DNA of 64,000 bases from Sphaerodactylus townsendi (Eukaryota), in the NCBI RefSeq assembly GCF_021028975.2, contig NC_059429.1, forward strand, positions 78,616,001 through 78,680,000, read 5' to 3'. The notes beneath the pieces are model-generated. The model saw nothing but the letters and a program-made list of their open reading frames with translations. It searched no databases and had not been told where the DNA came from. Within the stretch, counting starts at the first letter, position 1, and every line of letters begins with the position of its first letter. Of the stretch, positions 1-12,919 are shown piece after piece. Position numbers and translations under genes: made by a program.

Positions 1-1800
1 CCAGGGCATTGGCGGACAGCGCTGCGGCAGGGGCATAGGGCGCGCCTGCGCCCCAGGCAGAGCTCCCCCTCGTTCTGCCCCTGCCCTAGACATTCACATA
101 TGGGGATCCTGCCTTCACTAACAGAGAGATTATTGTTCTGTTGCTCAATTTTATTTTCATATTGTCCTTTCCAACAGCTTCTTTCACTTAATAATCCTGT
201 GTGTTTTTTAATTGTATGAACTGTATGAGTGGCACAGTAGCCATGCATACTCAGCAGCACATCCTCATTACCATGTTTGCGCTTTGATAGATAAGTATGC
301 AAACACAAGTAACAGTAAAAAAAACACATCCAAATGGTACTGTGTGACCTCAGTTGATGTTTAAGCAGGAACAGCATGGTGGAGGAACAGAAAGAGATCA
401 CACCCACAATAAAGCATGCTACATTCTCTACAAGAATCCATACCATAATCTCTAGTGGAAGTGAAGCATTTTCTAACTATTGTACCAGCTTTCTTCAAAT
501 ACATATGTGAAGTTTATAGGGAATCTGATAAATCGGTCATGAAACTGCAACAGAGAAAAAAATACCTACAGATTATGTGTTAAATACAGAAACTTTGCTG
601 TTTCCAAAACTAAGTAAATAAAAAAACATTTTCTTCTGCTGTTCTTTTTTTTTTTGCTTCCACCAACCATACTGTTCATATTCCATTCTATTTGTTTAAA
701 TAAGGAAGGAAGGGGGAAGAGAAACACTAGATAAAACTCAGGAGAAATTTAAGCCATTTCTTGTTGATCTATTAGAACGATGGTGGCATCTGACTCACAG
801 GTATTATGCCACGTTACACAGAATAAATATGCACATACAGGGAGGGACTTTCTTAAGGCGGGCTGCACTCACCAGTTAATTGGAGAAAGATGTAGGAACA
901 CAAATTATTACAGTGGCAGAATACTAGTTGACCCTACGGTTAAAAGACCAAGACAGCTGCTCTTGTCTGCCAGATCCGTCCTTACCATTACCCTTAGTGA
1001 AAACCAAGACAGGTGGCAATGCTGATGATGTGGGGGCTTGGGGGATTTTGGAAGCAGCACACACTTCTGAGGCTAAAAAGCCAGTTAAACAACAAAGACT
1101 CCTGTGGCAATAAAAACTTCAGTGTTGAATCAAACTTAGGTTGCAGAAAATTTGTTCATTTCTTATGGTGCTACAAGACTGTTACTTTGGGTACAAGGGT
1201 GTCTTTCTAGCATTGTTCACTGTAAAGCACCTGTAACAGTCATTTTCCTTTCAGCTGGATAGTAAATCCAGTGTATATAAAACTCGAATAGTGAAAATTG
1301 CTATCCCACCATAATACTGCACTTGATTTGGTCGGGCCCAGAAAATTTCAAGATTTCAACCACCCCTAAGACAAATTGTTCTTCCAGTGCTTGCCAGTTG
1401 GGGAAACAGTGGCCGGATTTTCTATTTCACCCCATCACCACAGTCTCCCCAAATGCCCACCAAGTGAGGTTAATTGCATTTGTTCATGGCAAGACATGGC
1501 TTCCTGTTGCTGCTGTGTGGCACCAAGTCAGCAGAAGACAGGCAAGTGCATTTTTGTGCGAGCCGGGAGGAGGGAGTGACCTCAAATATCCTGCCTGTCA
1601 TTTCTCTCAAAAACTACGGAGCTCCAAAGTGTCTTTTGCTCTTCGAGAATCCAGATGTCACTTTGGCTGGGAGTTCGTTTGGTAAAGAAAGCTCATCGGG
1701 GAATGACATTCAGTGGCTTTGTTAAGGCTCCATCACCCGATCCCTGTCACCTGGGTGCAGACGCCTCCGCTTGACAGAGAATGCCCCGCTGCCCCGTTAC

Positions 1801-1968
1801 CTCTTTGCAGGCGTGGAGTTCTTCTCCCTGGATGGCAGAGCCCGACTTCAGCAGCAGGAGCAACAGCGAGTGAAGGAGGAGCGGCAGGCGCCTCCGGCCG
1901 ATCCCACCAGAGGGGCTCCAGCATCCCGCCGCCCCGGGAGAAGGACGCAGCCCGCCACCTCCAGCCAT
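1801..1968 (-). CDS. ELAPOR1: ELAPOR1 (KIAA1324/EIG121) first coding exon, signal peptide; gene continues beyond the left edge
   Basis: ATG at 1968-1966 gives MAGGGGLRPS...LPLLLHSLLLLLLKSGSAIQGEELHACKE, followed by a GTAACG donor. The hydrophobic signal peptide and ELHACKE match the human ELAPOR1 exon-1 end. Adjacency to CFAP276 is as in human 1p13.3. Confidence 0.9.
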
Positions 1969-3232
1969 AGCGCCGGTGAAGCAGCCGGGCGCGCCGCTCG
2001 ACCAGGGGCAGCGGCAGGACTCGCCGGCGCAGGGATTCAGGAGCCTCGCCCCGCCCCCGACCAGGTCTGCCCCGCCCCCACCTCGCTGCCTAGCAACCGC
2101 CGCTGCCTCCGGCTCGAGCGCACCTGAGGCTTGAAAGATGCAGCCGGGCTCCAGGCGGTTTGCTGGGCGCGCGCTCGTTGCACGCTTGCTCGGGCGCCGC
2201 CGACAGGGCAGGACTCCGTAGGATGAACCGTGCAGCCCAGACTGGCGCGACGGCTGCAAAGCCTGCGCGCGCCGGTGCAAGGAGCAGCTAAGGCTCATCG
2301 GGCAACGTGCGGCTTGGGCGGCACGTGGCGCTTGCAAGAACGGGAAAACGGCGGTCCCTCCCCTCCCCCTTTAAAAGTGGTTGCGGCCACCGAGTTTGTG
2401 TTCGTTGTTTTCTTAATACACCTTGGGCTGTGTAACGCGCACATCAAACGTGCATGGTGATGATTCCAATTCATAGTCGTTTGCGAGCCCGAGCCAGCGA
2501 GCCAGCATGGGTGTACGGTATGAAAAGACGCAAGGAGGCCGCTTTCTTACTTCTCTTCAGGCTTTTGCGCCCGGCCTTCGGCAAACAAATTGGGGAGGGA
2601 GGGGTTCTTTTTTAATTAACTGGTCAAAATGCTTCCCCAAGTTCCAGTAAGTTACATAAGAAATACAGGCACGAGGGTCAATTTCTCACTAGAATTTCTT
2701 TGCAAAACTGAAATCTCTCACTTGTCCTGATCGCAATCAAATGAGCATGCATGGAAGTTTACTTACAAATTGTAAGTTACAATCTCTATTTTAAAATGGG
2801 GGACGACTTAGTTTTGAACAGAATTAAAAATGCATCATGCTATTCCGAATACTTAAACTGTCAAAAAGGCAGTAGGCTCACTCATTAAAAAAAAATTAAG
2901 GATTAAAAAAATTGGAACCTCTGTGGAGGCGGGGGGATTCGCGGAGGGTATGGAGATTTTGCCGCCTTCTCGCGGCCGTCCTTCATTCTCCCCTTAGCCT
3001 CCAGGTTTCTCTTCTTCCGTCGCTTGCCGTATTGCTATTTCTGACCATTAGAGGGCGCTTTGCGCGACAACTTCTTGAGCTGTGTCGGACTGTCTCCTGG
3101 CAACCTCTGCTGACTCCTAAACAAAACTGCCGCGTGCTGTCAGCACCTGCGGGTCTGGTGGTGCTGCTGCTGCTTTCTCCGCCGCTACTGTCCCTTGCGG
3201 GTCTCGCGCCGGGTTTTTCCGAGGGCTGAAAT

Positions 3233-3313
3233 ATGCCACCTACCAAGGACCCCTTCCAACTTCCCAACTATGAAAGCGAAGACATCTCCAGGGGCCAGTC
3301 CAGGAGTGGCCAG
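3233..3313 (+). CDS. CFAP276: CFAP276 (C1orf194) coding exon 1
   Basis: MPPTKDPFQLPNYESEDISRGQSRSGQ then a GTGAGG donor; resembles the human N-terminus MPPTRDPFQQP. Confidence 0.88.
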
Positions 3314-5175
3314 GTGAGGAGGACCAAGTTATACTGTTCCAGGCAAAATTGCTGGTTTTACTCTGCTCCTCTTTTGCTGTCCTAATGTACAGTTGTTGGG
3401 ATGCCCACCCCCTCATGTGATTTCACAGACTCCATTCTACTACATTTGTATACACTACTGCTATCTGCAGTGTCTTTCTGCAGCTGGCTGTAGAAGGATC
3501 CTTATGGGGCAGGAGGCGATGCTCCTCCTTGTTCTCAGGGTCTTGTTCTCAGGAAGAAAAGTGGTATAGGAAAAGATGGAAGAGCAAGAGAGAGTATTAT
3601 TTTACAAGGTGCAGAAGAGACGGGGTAGGTAGGAACAGAGGCCCCAACAATACAAACAGACCTGCCCCCTTCCTCCACACTAGCTTGGGAGAAAAATTAT
3701 CCTTCACGTAACAAAGGGTATACTTCCCTACTCTCCATTTAAATTTGTATTTACAGAGCTTAGTCAATGAACAGAATAACACAAGTGGGGAAATATCAGT
3801 CTCTACCCCAGGAAGAGTGGGAAATAATTTACTTGTGATCTTTTGGAGTCAGAATTTGGATTGACCCTGAGATATTCTCAAAGATTTGTGGAACATTTAA
3901 AATCCTTTGAATCTTCCTCTCCAGATGCACATTTCAGAAGGGGTGACTTTATACTTAGAAGATACACATGCAAGTGTTCACTGTTCCTTTCTTCTTTTAC
4001 TTGGGCAAATTCATAGACCTTGGGGCAAAACCCATAGTCCCCAGCTCTCTCCAACCTGGTATTGTTTGCAAATGGGCAATTTGACAGTATCCACAATAAA
4101 AAACTACTCTTCCTAATTCGTTGGGCACATAAGAAGGGACAGTGGCTCGTCTTGGAAGAGGGAGGATGAGGTACCATTGTGCACCTTCTGATCGATAGTG
4201 AGAATGATATCCTTTCCCCTTTCTGAATGAGCTGAGAAAGCATCAGGCAACTCTGTGGCAAAATGCCTTATTCCTCAGAATATGTTTCAAGGTCTATTAT
4301 AACTGGGCCTGCATAATGTACAGGTTACAAAATGCTGGGGGGTGGGGGGGATGAGAAAGACTAGTAGGTATGACATCTCCCAAGCACAAACCTGGAAATT
4401 CAAATGGCCTTTGCCAAGTGAAGGACAACAGCCAGAGCACACCTTAGCTACAGAACTAGGGATACCAAAAGGAAAGGATAAATCTTTCTTTTGGGACAGA
4501 GAAAAAAAGAGGGCCTGCAGAGGGAGAGATAGGGAGGTAAATATAAAAAGACATGTGGAAGAAGGAGCTATTTTTAGTCATTTGCTGTGAGGAATTAACT
4601 CTTTTAACTCAATTTCCATTTTAACCTGGAGTCCATCTTGAGCACATGTTGCTAAGATCCCAAAGGGGACAGCCCCAAACCACTAGAGCAAGATAATAGA
4701 TGATTTCTAAATGCTAGCAACTCTTATTTTTCATCATTTAAAGTATGCAAGAGTTAGAATCAGAGAACTGTGGTTTTAATCATTCTTTGCAAACTCTCAT
4801 GTTTATTTATAATGTGTGCAGCTTATTTATTCAATTTCCTAACATTTTAAATGCTGTCTGTGTGATTTCTATTTCACCCATGCAGCTAACAAAGAGAGTG
4901 TGGGGGCAGAGGTGGCAGTTAACTTTACTCCCAACCAGGTGTGTTAGGCCCTCCCAGCAAGCAAAGGAGGCCTAGCAGCTGAGCAGAGCCTTTAAACAGT
5001 AGTACAGCAAAAGGAGTTTTCATGCAAGTCCATAGGTAGTGGATTCTCTACAATCATAGACTTGCTGGTAGCAGCAGTTCCAAGAGAAAACCAAATCTCA
5101 ACTCTAGTGACAACATTAAGGTACAGTCCAGGCACCAAGAATCTTGTCTGGAAAGGTTCTTTGTCACTGCCAAAA

Positions 5176-8100
5176 CTAAGCCTAATTTATTATTTTTATT
5201 TAATTTATTCAATCTTAAATTGTTCCCAAAATTGTAACAAAAACCTGAAACCTAAAACTGACCATAACCCTATTCTCAGACTGCGCCGTAGAACTCAACG
5301 TAACACTAAGGCAAGCCTGAGCCCCTGCCCTTGCCTTAACCTTAACCCTAACCCTAATTTATTATTTTTATTTAATTTATTTTTGTTACAATCCTGGGAA
5401 CAATTTATGACTGAATTAACTAAATAAAAATAATAAGTTAAGGTTAGGGTTAAGGCAAAAAAAAGGGTCTCGGACCTGCCTTAGTGTTACGTTTGTTACA
5501 ATCTTGGGAACAATGTATGACTGAATAAATTAAATAAAAATAATTAGTTTGGTTAGGGTTAAGAGTAGGGGCTCGGGTTTGCCTTAGCGTTACATTGTGT
5601 TCTAGGGCACAGTCCATGTATAAGGCTATGGTCAGTTTCAGGTTTTGGGTTTTTATAAAAGTTCTGGTAACAATTTATGACTGAAAAAATTAAAAAAAAA
5701 TCGTAAGCTAGGGTTAGGGTTCAGACAAGAGCAGGAGTTCAGGCTTGCCTTAGTGTTACGTTGTGTTCTAGGGCACAGTTTGTGAAATGGTCAATGGTCA
5801 ATTTCTGGTTTCAGGGTATTGCCTTAACCCTTGTCCTTGCTTGAAGTGCAACCCTAATTTTTTATTTTCATTTAATTTATTCACTCATGAATTGTTCTTA
5901 AATTTATAACAAAAACCCGAAACCTAAAATGACCATTGCGATATTATTGGACTGTGCCCTAGAACTCCGCATAACACTAAGGCAAACCTCAGCCCCGGCC
6001 ATTGTGTTAACCCTAACCCTAACTTTTTATTTTTATTTAATTTATTCAGTGATAAATTGTTCCCATTTTTATAACAAAAACCCGAAACCTAAAACTGACC
6101 ATAGCCCTATTCTCGGACTGCACCCTAAAACTCAAAATAACATCAAGACAAGCCAGAGCCCCTGCCCTTTCCTTAACCCTACCCTTAATTTATGTTTTTT
6201 ATTTAATTTATTCAGTCGTAAATTGTTCCTAAAATTGTAACGAAAACCCGGAACCGGAAACTGACCATAGCCCTATTCTCAGACTGCGCCCCAGAACTTA
6301 ACACTAAGGCAAGCCTGAGACCCGGCCCTTGCCTTAACCCTAACCCTAACTTCTTATTTTTATTTAATCTATTTTTGTTACAATTTTGGGAACAATTTAT
6401 GACTGAATATATTAAATAACAATAATTAGTTAGGGTTAGGGTTAAGGCAAGAGTAGGGGCTTGGGTTTGCCTTAGTGTTACGTTGAGTTCTAGGGCGCAG
6501 TCCATGTATAACGCTTTGGTCAGTTTCAGTTTTCGGGTTTGTATGAAAATTCTAAGAACAATTTATGACTGAAAAAATTAAATAAAAATAGTAAGCTAGG
6601 GTTAGGGTTCAGGCAAGAGCAGGGGCTCAGGCTTGCCTTAGTGTTACGTTGTATTCTAGGGCACAGTCTGCGAACAGTGCAATGGTCAATTTCTGGTTTC
6701 AGGGTTTTGCCTTAACCCTTGCCCTTGCTTGAAGCGCAACCCTAATTTTTTATTTTCATTTAATTTATTCAGTCATAAATTGTTCCCAAATGTATAACAA
6801 AAACCTGAAACCTAAAATTGACCATCGGGATATTATTGGACTGCGCCCTAGAACTCAGCATAATACTAAGGCAAGCCTGAGACCCTGCCCGTGCCGTAAA
6901 TCTAACCCTAACATTTTATTTTTATTTAATTTATTCAGTCATAAATTGTTCCCAAAATTGTAAGAAAAACCTGAAACCTAACACTGACCATAGTCCTATT
7001 CTCGGACTGCACCCTGGAACTCAATGTAACACTAAGGCAAGCCTGAGCCCCTGCCCTTGCCTTAACCCTAACCTATTATTTCTATTTAATTTATTTTTAG
7101 TTACAATTTTGGGAACAATTTATGACTCAATAAATTAAATAAAATGATAAATTCAGGTTTGGATTAAGACAAGTGCAGGGGCTCTGGCTTGCCTCAGTGT
7201 TCTATTGAGTTCTTGGGTGCAGTCCGAGAATGGGGTTATGGTCAGTTTCAGGGTTCTGCCTTCACTCTTGCCCTTTTTTGAACCCCAAACCTAACTTTTT
7301 ATCTTTGTTTAATTTATTCAGTGATAAATTGTTCCCAAATTTGTAGCAAAAACCCGAAACCTAAAACTGACCATAGCCCTATTCTCAGACTGAGCTTTGG
7401 AACTCAAAGTAACACTAAGGCAAGCCAGAGCCCCTGCCCCTGCCGTAACCCTAACCCTAACTTTTTATTTTTATTTAATGTATTAAGTCATAAAGTGTTC
7501 CCAAAATTGTAACAAAAACCTGGAACCTGAAACTGACCATCACCCTATTCTCAGACTGCGCCCTAGAACTCAATGTAACACTAAGGGAAGCCTGGTCCTG
7601 GTCCTTGCCTTAACCCTAACCATAACTTATTATTTTTATTTTATTTATTTTTTGTTACAATTTTGGGAACAATTTATGACTGAATATATTAAATAACAAT
7701 AATTAGTATGGGTTAGGGTTAAGACAAGAGTAGGGGCTCGGGTTTGCCTTAGTGTTACGTTGTGTTCTAGGGCACAGTCTGTGAACAGGGCAGTGGTCAA
7801 TTTCTGGATTCAGGGTTTTGCCTTAACCTTTGTCCTTGCTTGAAGCGCAACCCTAATTTTTATTTTTTATTTAATTTATTCAGTCTTGAATTCTTCTTAA
7901 ATTTATAACAAAAACCCGAAACCTAAAACTGACCATCGTGATATTATTGGACAGCACCCTAGAACTCAAAATAACACCAAGGCAAGCCAGAGCCTCTGCC
8001 CTTTCCTTAACCCTAACCCTAACTTTTTATTTTTATTTAATTTATTCAGTGATAAATTGTTCCCAAAATTGTAACGAAAACCCGAAACCTAAAATTGACC

Positions 8101-9740
8101 ATAGCCCTATTCACGGATTGCTCCCTAGAACTCAGTAACTTAGGTATACATTTTCATGGGCGGGGTTCGGGGGTTCGGCCACGCCCACCTGCCTCTGGGG
8201 GCGTGGCCATGCATCCCCAAGCCCTACCCCCAGCCTAAGTGCTTATAAAAGCAGCTCTTTGAGGCAAGGGATGGCAAACTCGCGTGACCCGCCCACCCCA
8301 CCTCCCCCACCAGCTGGGCTCCCAGCTGGCAGCCGGCAACCCCTTCTCTCTCCCCTCCAGGCAGAGGGGTAGCTAGGGAAAATGGAGCTCAGTGCTAAAT
8401 GTGAGGTTTGCGCACCCCCCCCCCCCATGGGCGACTGCTGTGATGCTGGAATCCACCCCCAAACAGCATCACTTTCAATGGTGTTTAAATTAGGGAGCCC
8501 AGATTCTCCTTTTAAATCCACCTTAAAGGGAGAATCTGAGGTCCCCAGATAAAACAATATTGAAAGTGATGCTGTTTTGGGGTGGATTATCCCCCACCCT
8601 GAAACAACATTACTTTCAATGTTTAAACTGGGGACCTCAGATTCTCTCTTTAAATCCATGCTGAATGGATTTAAACCAAAAAGAGAATCTGGGAAAATTT
8701 GGGTGGTGCCTGCTGTCAGGGGTACAATTGTTAAGCTAGCAGAACGAAACTTTCAGGGTATCTTTGGGAGACTCTCCCGATGATACCACCCAGGTTTGGT
8801 GAAGTTTGGTTCAGGGGGTCCAAAATTATGGGCTCTCAAATGTGTAGCCCCCATCTACTATTAGCTCCCATTGGAAACAATGGGGGATGGGGCTCCCCTT
8901 TTGGGGGTCCATAACTTTGGACCTCCTGAACCAAACTTGGTGGTATCATCAGGAGTGTCACCTGACAATAGCCGGAAATTTCGGTGCCACTAGCCTAAAA
9001 ACTGCGTCCCCTGCAGGCCAAAAACTGAAAAAAAAACTTTACCCACTAACGGGGGGGTGGAGCTTCGGACATGCAATGGGGGGTCTGAACCCGAGAACCC
9101 CCCCTTACCTACATCCTTGCTAGAACTCAATGTAACACTAAGGCAACCCTGAGCCCCTACCCTTGCCTTAACCCTAACCCTAATTTATTATTTTTATTTA
9201 ATTTATTCAGTGATAAATTGTTCCCAAAATTGTACCAAATTGCCTTATCCCTAACCCTAACCTATTATTTTTATTTAATTTATTTTTTGTTACAATTTTG
9301 GGAACAATGTATGATGTATTACATTAAAGAAAAATAATAAGTTAGGGTTAGGGTTAAGACAAGAGCAGTGGCTCAGCTTTGCCTTAGTGTTACGTTGAAT
9401 TCTAGGGCGTAGTCCGTGAATAGGGTATGCTCAGTTTCATGTTTCGGGTTTTTATAACAATTTTGGGAACAATTTATGACTCAATTTATTAAATAAGAAT
9501 AATAAGTTCGGGTTAGGGTTAAGTCAAGGGCAGGGACTCTGGCTTGCCTTAGTGTTATATTGAGTTCTGGGGTGCAGTCCGAGAATAGTGTTATGGTCAA
9601 TTTCAGGTTTCAGGGTTTTGCCTTAACCCTTGCTCTTGCTTGAACCCCCACCCTAACTTTTTTATTTTTATTTAATTTATTCAGTCATAACTTGTTGCCA
9701 AATTCGTAACAAAAACCCGAAACCTAAAACTGACCATCAC
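5176..9740. repeat. AT-rich ~167-bp satellite-like array with telomere-like (TAACCC)2-3 motifs, in alternating inverted blocks
   Basis: The marker CTAAAACTGACCAT recurs at ~167-169 bp spacing (e.g. ~5923/6090/6259, 6813/6980, 7362/7529, 7923/8090). Reverse-complement blocks with GGTTAGGGTT lie at ~5386-5815, 6376-6705, 7100-7255, 7651-7815 and 9289-9615. Confidence 0.9.
8133..9119. mobile_element. Non-autonomous hAT-type DNA transposon inserted into the satellite
   Basis: 8-bp direct repeat CTAGAACT at 8125-8132 and 9120-9127; imperfect terminal inverted repeats (CAGTAACTTAGGTA / TACCTACATCCTTG); the satellite phase resumes exactly after the duplication. Confidence 0.75.
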
Positions 9741-9759
9741 GCAGCCCAGAAAACTCATG

Positions 9760-10130
9760 ACAACCAACATTGAAAATGATGCTGTTGGGGTGGGGGGGAA
9801 TCTACCCTGAAACAGCATCACTTTCAATCTTGTTTAAACTTGGGAGCCCAGAGTCTCCCTTTAAGGTGGATTTAAAAGGAGAATCGGGCTCGCTGGAACT
9901 TTCACCATCGAGTGCAGAACCTGGGGCTCTCCAGATGTTCAGGAACTACAATTGCCTTCAGCCCCTACCGCGCCAGCCAGTGGCCATGCTGACGAAACTG
10001 ATGGGAATTGCGGTTCCTGAACATCCTGAATATAGTCCTACCCTGGTTCTAATATTAATATTGATGCTGTTTCAGGGTGGATCCCCCCTTCAAAAATAGC
10101 ATCACTGTCAATGTTGTTTAAACTAGGGAT
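9760..10130. mobile_element. Fragments of the same hAT-type family plus a fragment of the palindromic MITE
   Basis: AAACAGCATCACTTTCAAT...TTAAAGGAGAATC is shared with 8460-8690; GCTCTCCAGATGTTCAGGAACTACAATT at ~9925 is shared with 41354-41497. Confidence 0.55.
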
Positions 10131-10347
10131 GCCTGGGTGTGTTCAGATTTGTGTGTTGGGGCATGTTCTATAATGTGATGGTGACTTTGAGATGACCTGG
10201 TGCCAAAAATGTTGTTTGGTCATGGTGGGCAAGGGTGGCTGCCCATATGGGGTGGGGGATGCAAAACTCAGATTTGTCCCGGGTTCCATTTTCTCTAGCT
10301 ACGCCTCTGGCCTTAAGCCTCGTATGCTTTCTTTTTTCTTGGCACAG

Positions 10348-10464
10348 AAAATTGCCTGTGCACTGCCCACCCATTTGGGCCAACATCAAGGCCCCTGGAA
10401 TCGACTGCATGCCACACCTACCCTAGCAAGTACCAGGAGAGAAGTCTGGTACACAGAACCTGAG
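10348..10464 (+). CDS. CFAP276: CFAP276 exon 2
   Basis: Polypyrimidine tract plus CAG acceptor; KIACALPTHLGQHQGPWNRLHATPTLASTRREVWYTEPE; GTAACA donor; phase 0-0. Confidence 0.9.
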
Positions 10465-10693
10465 GTAACATCAGACACTGTCTATCATCTTCTTTCTTTA
10501 AATCAAATCTCAAGCATCTGCATACTGAAAACATGCACGAGTCACTATTCTCTTTTCTTTTCCTCAATAGAAATTGGTGGGTGTTTGGTTTTGGGTTGTC
10601 AGCTTTTCTAATCACTTATATATCCCATTGTTTACTAATGGCAGGTGGTTGCTAGTTTAAATGCCAAAATAAACTTTCCCCACCTTTGTCTAG

Positions 10694-10809
10694 GTTTCTA
10701 GAGACAGCCTGGATTTTAACCTCAGTTCCTTGTACAATCACCATAAAGACCTGCTTAAAGACAAGAGCAAGGTAGTTCTCCATAAAGAGACCCTCTTTGA
10801 TGACCATGG
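10694..10809 (+). CDS. CFAP276: CFAP276 exon 3
   Basis: TAG acceptor; VSRDSLDFNLSSLYNHHKDLLKDKSKVVLHKETLFDDH-G; GTAAGC donor; carries the LDF..LYNHH family motif. Confidence 0.9.
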
Positions 10810-12429
10810 GTAAGCCTAATCTTTTCACTTTCCTGGTTTCAGGAAGCAACATAGTTTTTCATAAGGTTTGTGTTCTCCACCAATATACCAGAAAAAAACA
10901 AACCCCAAACCAACCCTGTAGCTCCTGCCGCTACATCACGATTCCACAAGTGGCATTTAATTCAGTTTCTCACATGGTCACAAACTCTGGAGAACTCATT
11001 GTTTTCTTAGCAAATGCAACTGGATTGTATCCCACTAATCATCAGTGGAAAGTGCCAGTGGATGCTGATTTTCCACATGTTCCCTTTCCTTCAGCAGTCC
11101 AATTTGACCCCTGGAAAGATGATTCCTGGAGTTGCAAGGTCCTGCATGGACAAAAAGCCAAGAATTGGTGGTGCTGCAGTAAGGAGGGGGAATCAGATAA
11201 AATTGCTTCCCTCCACTATAAGTAAAGTTCCAGGAGGAGGAGGAAAAAGAGGAAGTCCATGCACAGAGGAAGTCCAAGCGCCGGGAACAGGAGGAGTAAA
11301 ATTTTAAAACACACTGGGAAAGAGGAGTTGAATAAAATAAACACTATAGTGGTAGCTGTCACTGAAATGTTATTTTAATCTGCACAGCCAAGCAGATCTC
11401 CAGTGGGCAATCAGAAACTCTGGGCAATTAGCCCACCTGGCTCTACCCACCATCTAAAAACACTTGGAGGATGCCAGGAAAGGTGTTGGCAGGCACCATG
11501 GCACTTCTGGATGCCACACTGGGGACCCCTGCCCAAAGATGATGCCTCACAGGGTCTGCTAACACATCTCATCCTCCAATGAGATGCAAGAAAGTAACGA
11601 TTGACCCTTTGCTTTAGGGAAAAAGCAATGTGATGCCAGGAGCGCACTGGCAGTCATCATAGGATTCACAGGAACCACACTGAGATCACTGTACCAGACG
11701 CAGGGCCAAACAATGAAGCACGGATCAGCCAATTACCATTGCTAATCAATACTCTACAAAACTATTGAGGGCCGCCTCTCTTTAACTTCACTTTAGCTAA
11801 TATTCCGGCTTTGGCACAGTTTAAATGGAGACTTCAAGTATCCATTTCGTCATATGCTCAATTAAACTGAACCAATACGTTACTGATTCTGGCCTTCAAG
11901 AACCTACGCTGAGACAATTGATAGAGATAAAAAGATGCAAGGTAAAAGCAAGTCAACTTATATGTCACATTACTACACATTGGCATGCATTCATTTCAAA
12001 TTACAGAGTTATGGATGTTCTAAGGATTGCAGACACCAATCTTTTGATAAATTATCCTTCCACCATGCTGCCCATCTAAATTAGTGCTCTCTTTTTCAAT
12101 ACCTGACTATCATTTTGTTGAATACATTTGACCATACTGTACCATCTTCCAACTTCTCACCAGCCAAACTGCATTTTAGATCACTGTCATGCTTTCAGAC
12201 ACCAAGAAAACCATGCACGCTGAGAACCAAAACAGATGTGAAGCAGGAACATGATCAGTGTTTTCTACTTCTTTCACTTAAAAGTAGCTTTGGGGTGAAA
12301 ATTAGATTGGAACAGCCACTGCGAGATAGGGTACTTAGGCCTTCCCTTCATACCTTCCCAAATTAAACCACCCTCCCCTGAATTTGCTATCAGTTCTACT
12401 GGGGGATATAATAGAGCTAAAACCATGAC

Positions 12430-12632
12430 CTGGATAGCTCAGGCTAGCTTGATCTTGTCAGATCTCAGAAGCTGAGCAGAGTCAATCCTGACATGTATTT
12501 TGATGGGAGACCTCCAAGGAATACCAGGGTTGTGACATGGAGGCAGGAAATGGCAAACCACCTCTCAATGTCGCTTGCCTTGAAAACCGCGCCAGAAGTG
12601 GCCATAAGCCAGATGTGATTTGATGCAAAAAA
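12430..12632 (+). mobile_element. 5S rRNA-derived SINE
   Basis: GATCTTGTCAGATCTCAGAAGCTGAGCAG...GATGGGAGACCTCCAAGGAATACCAGGG resembles the 5S rRNA internal region, followed by a non-5S body and A-rich tail. Confidence 0.7.
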
Positions 12633-12748
12633 GTGATTATTGATGTGACCCTCATGCACAGAAAAATAGGGAATGATTGTCTTTACCCAAGAATTCCTAT
12701 TTTTTCCATGTTAATGCATATCCTTCTGTATGTCTTTGAGCCCTACAG

Positions 12749-12882
12749 AACTTTGAAGGGTTTAGAGTTTGTAAAGGAACGCGCTGTGCCTCCAATTCAG
12801 CCTCACACTTCGAAGGGCATCTCTGTAAGACATTGGGTCAATCCAGTAAAAGAATCAATCGACAGCATTGAGGGAGCAATTG
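12749..12882 (+). CDS. CFAP276: CFAP276 exon 4
   Basis: CAG acceptor; ...SVRHWVNPVKESIDSIEGAI; GTAAGT donor; phases 2-1 are consistent with the flanking exons. Confidence 0.9.
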
Positions 12883-12919
12883 GTAAGTGCAGCTGGCAGA
12901 TGCGTATCCCTGGTCAGTA

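Larger units (their letters stand above)
1750..3320. promoter_or_regulatory. CpG-island bidirectional promoter shared by ELAPOR1 (-) and CFAP276 (+)
   Basis: CpG-rich blocks at ~1750-2600 and ~2920-3320. GC boxes (CCCCGCCCC) at ~2049 and ~2070. RFX X-box-like motifs GCTGCCTAGCAAC (2085-2097) and GTCTCCTGGCAAC (3092-3104). Confidence 0.75.

Noticed and set aside
1747-2337. 196-aa minus ORF and overlapping ORFs in the CpG island
   Set aside because: Only 1801-1968 is the ELAPOR1 exon; the remainder is stop-poor GC-rich promoter/UTR sequence.
2912-3229. 105-aa leucine-rich ORF upstream of CFAP276
   Set aside because: Non-ATG start in a GC-rich 5' region, no recognisable family; the real CDS starts at 3233.
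5062-8138. Repeated ORFs (NCSQNCNKNPKPKTDHSPIL...) and a possible CRISPR-like or true telomere array
   Set aside because: These are translations of the satellite monomer. There are no unique spacers or cas genes, and TAACCC runs are only 2-3 units long.
12430-12540. 5S rRNA gene
   Set aside because: Diverged and partial, and continues into a SINE body; not a functional 5S gene.
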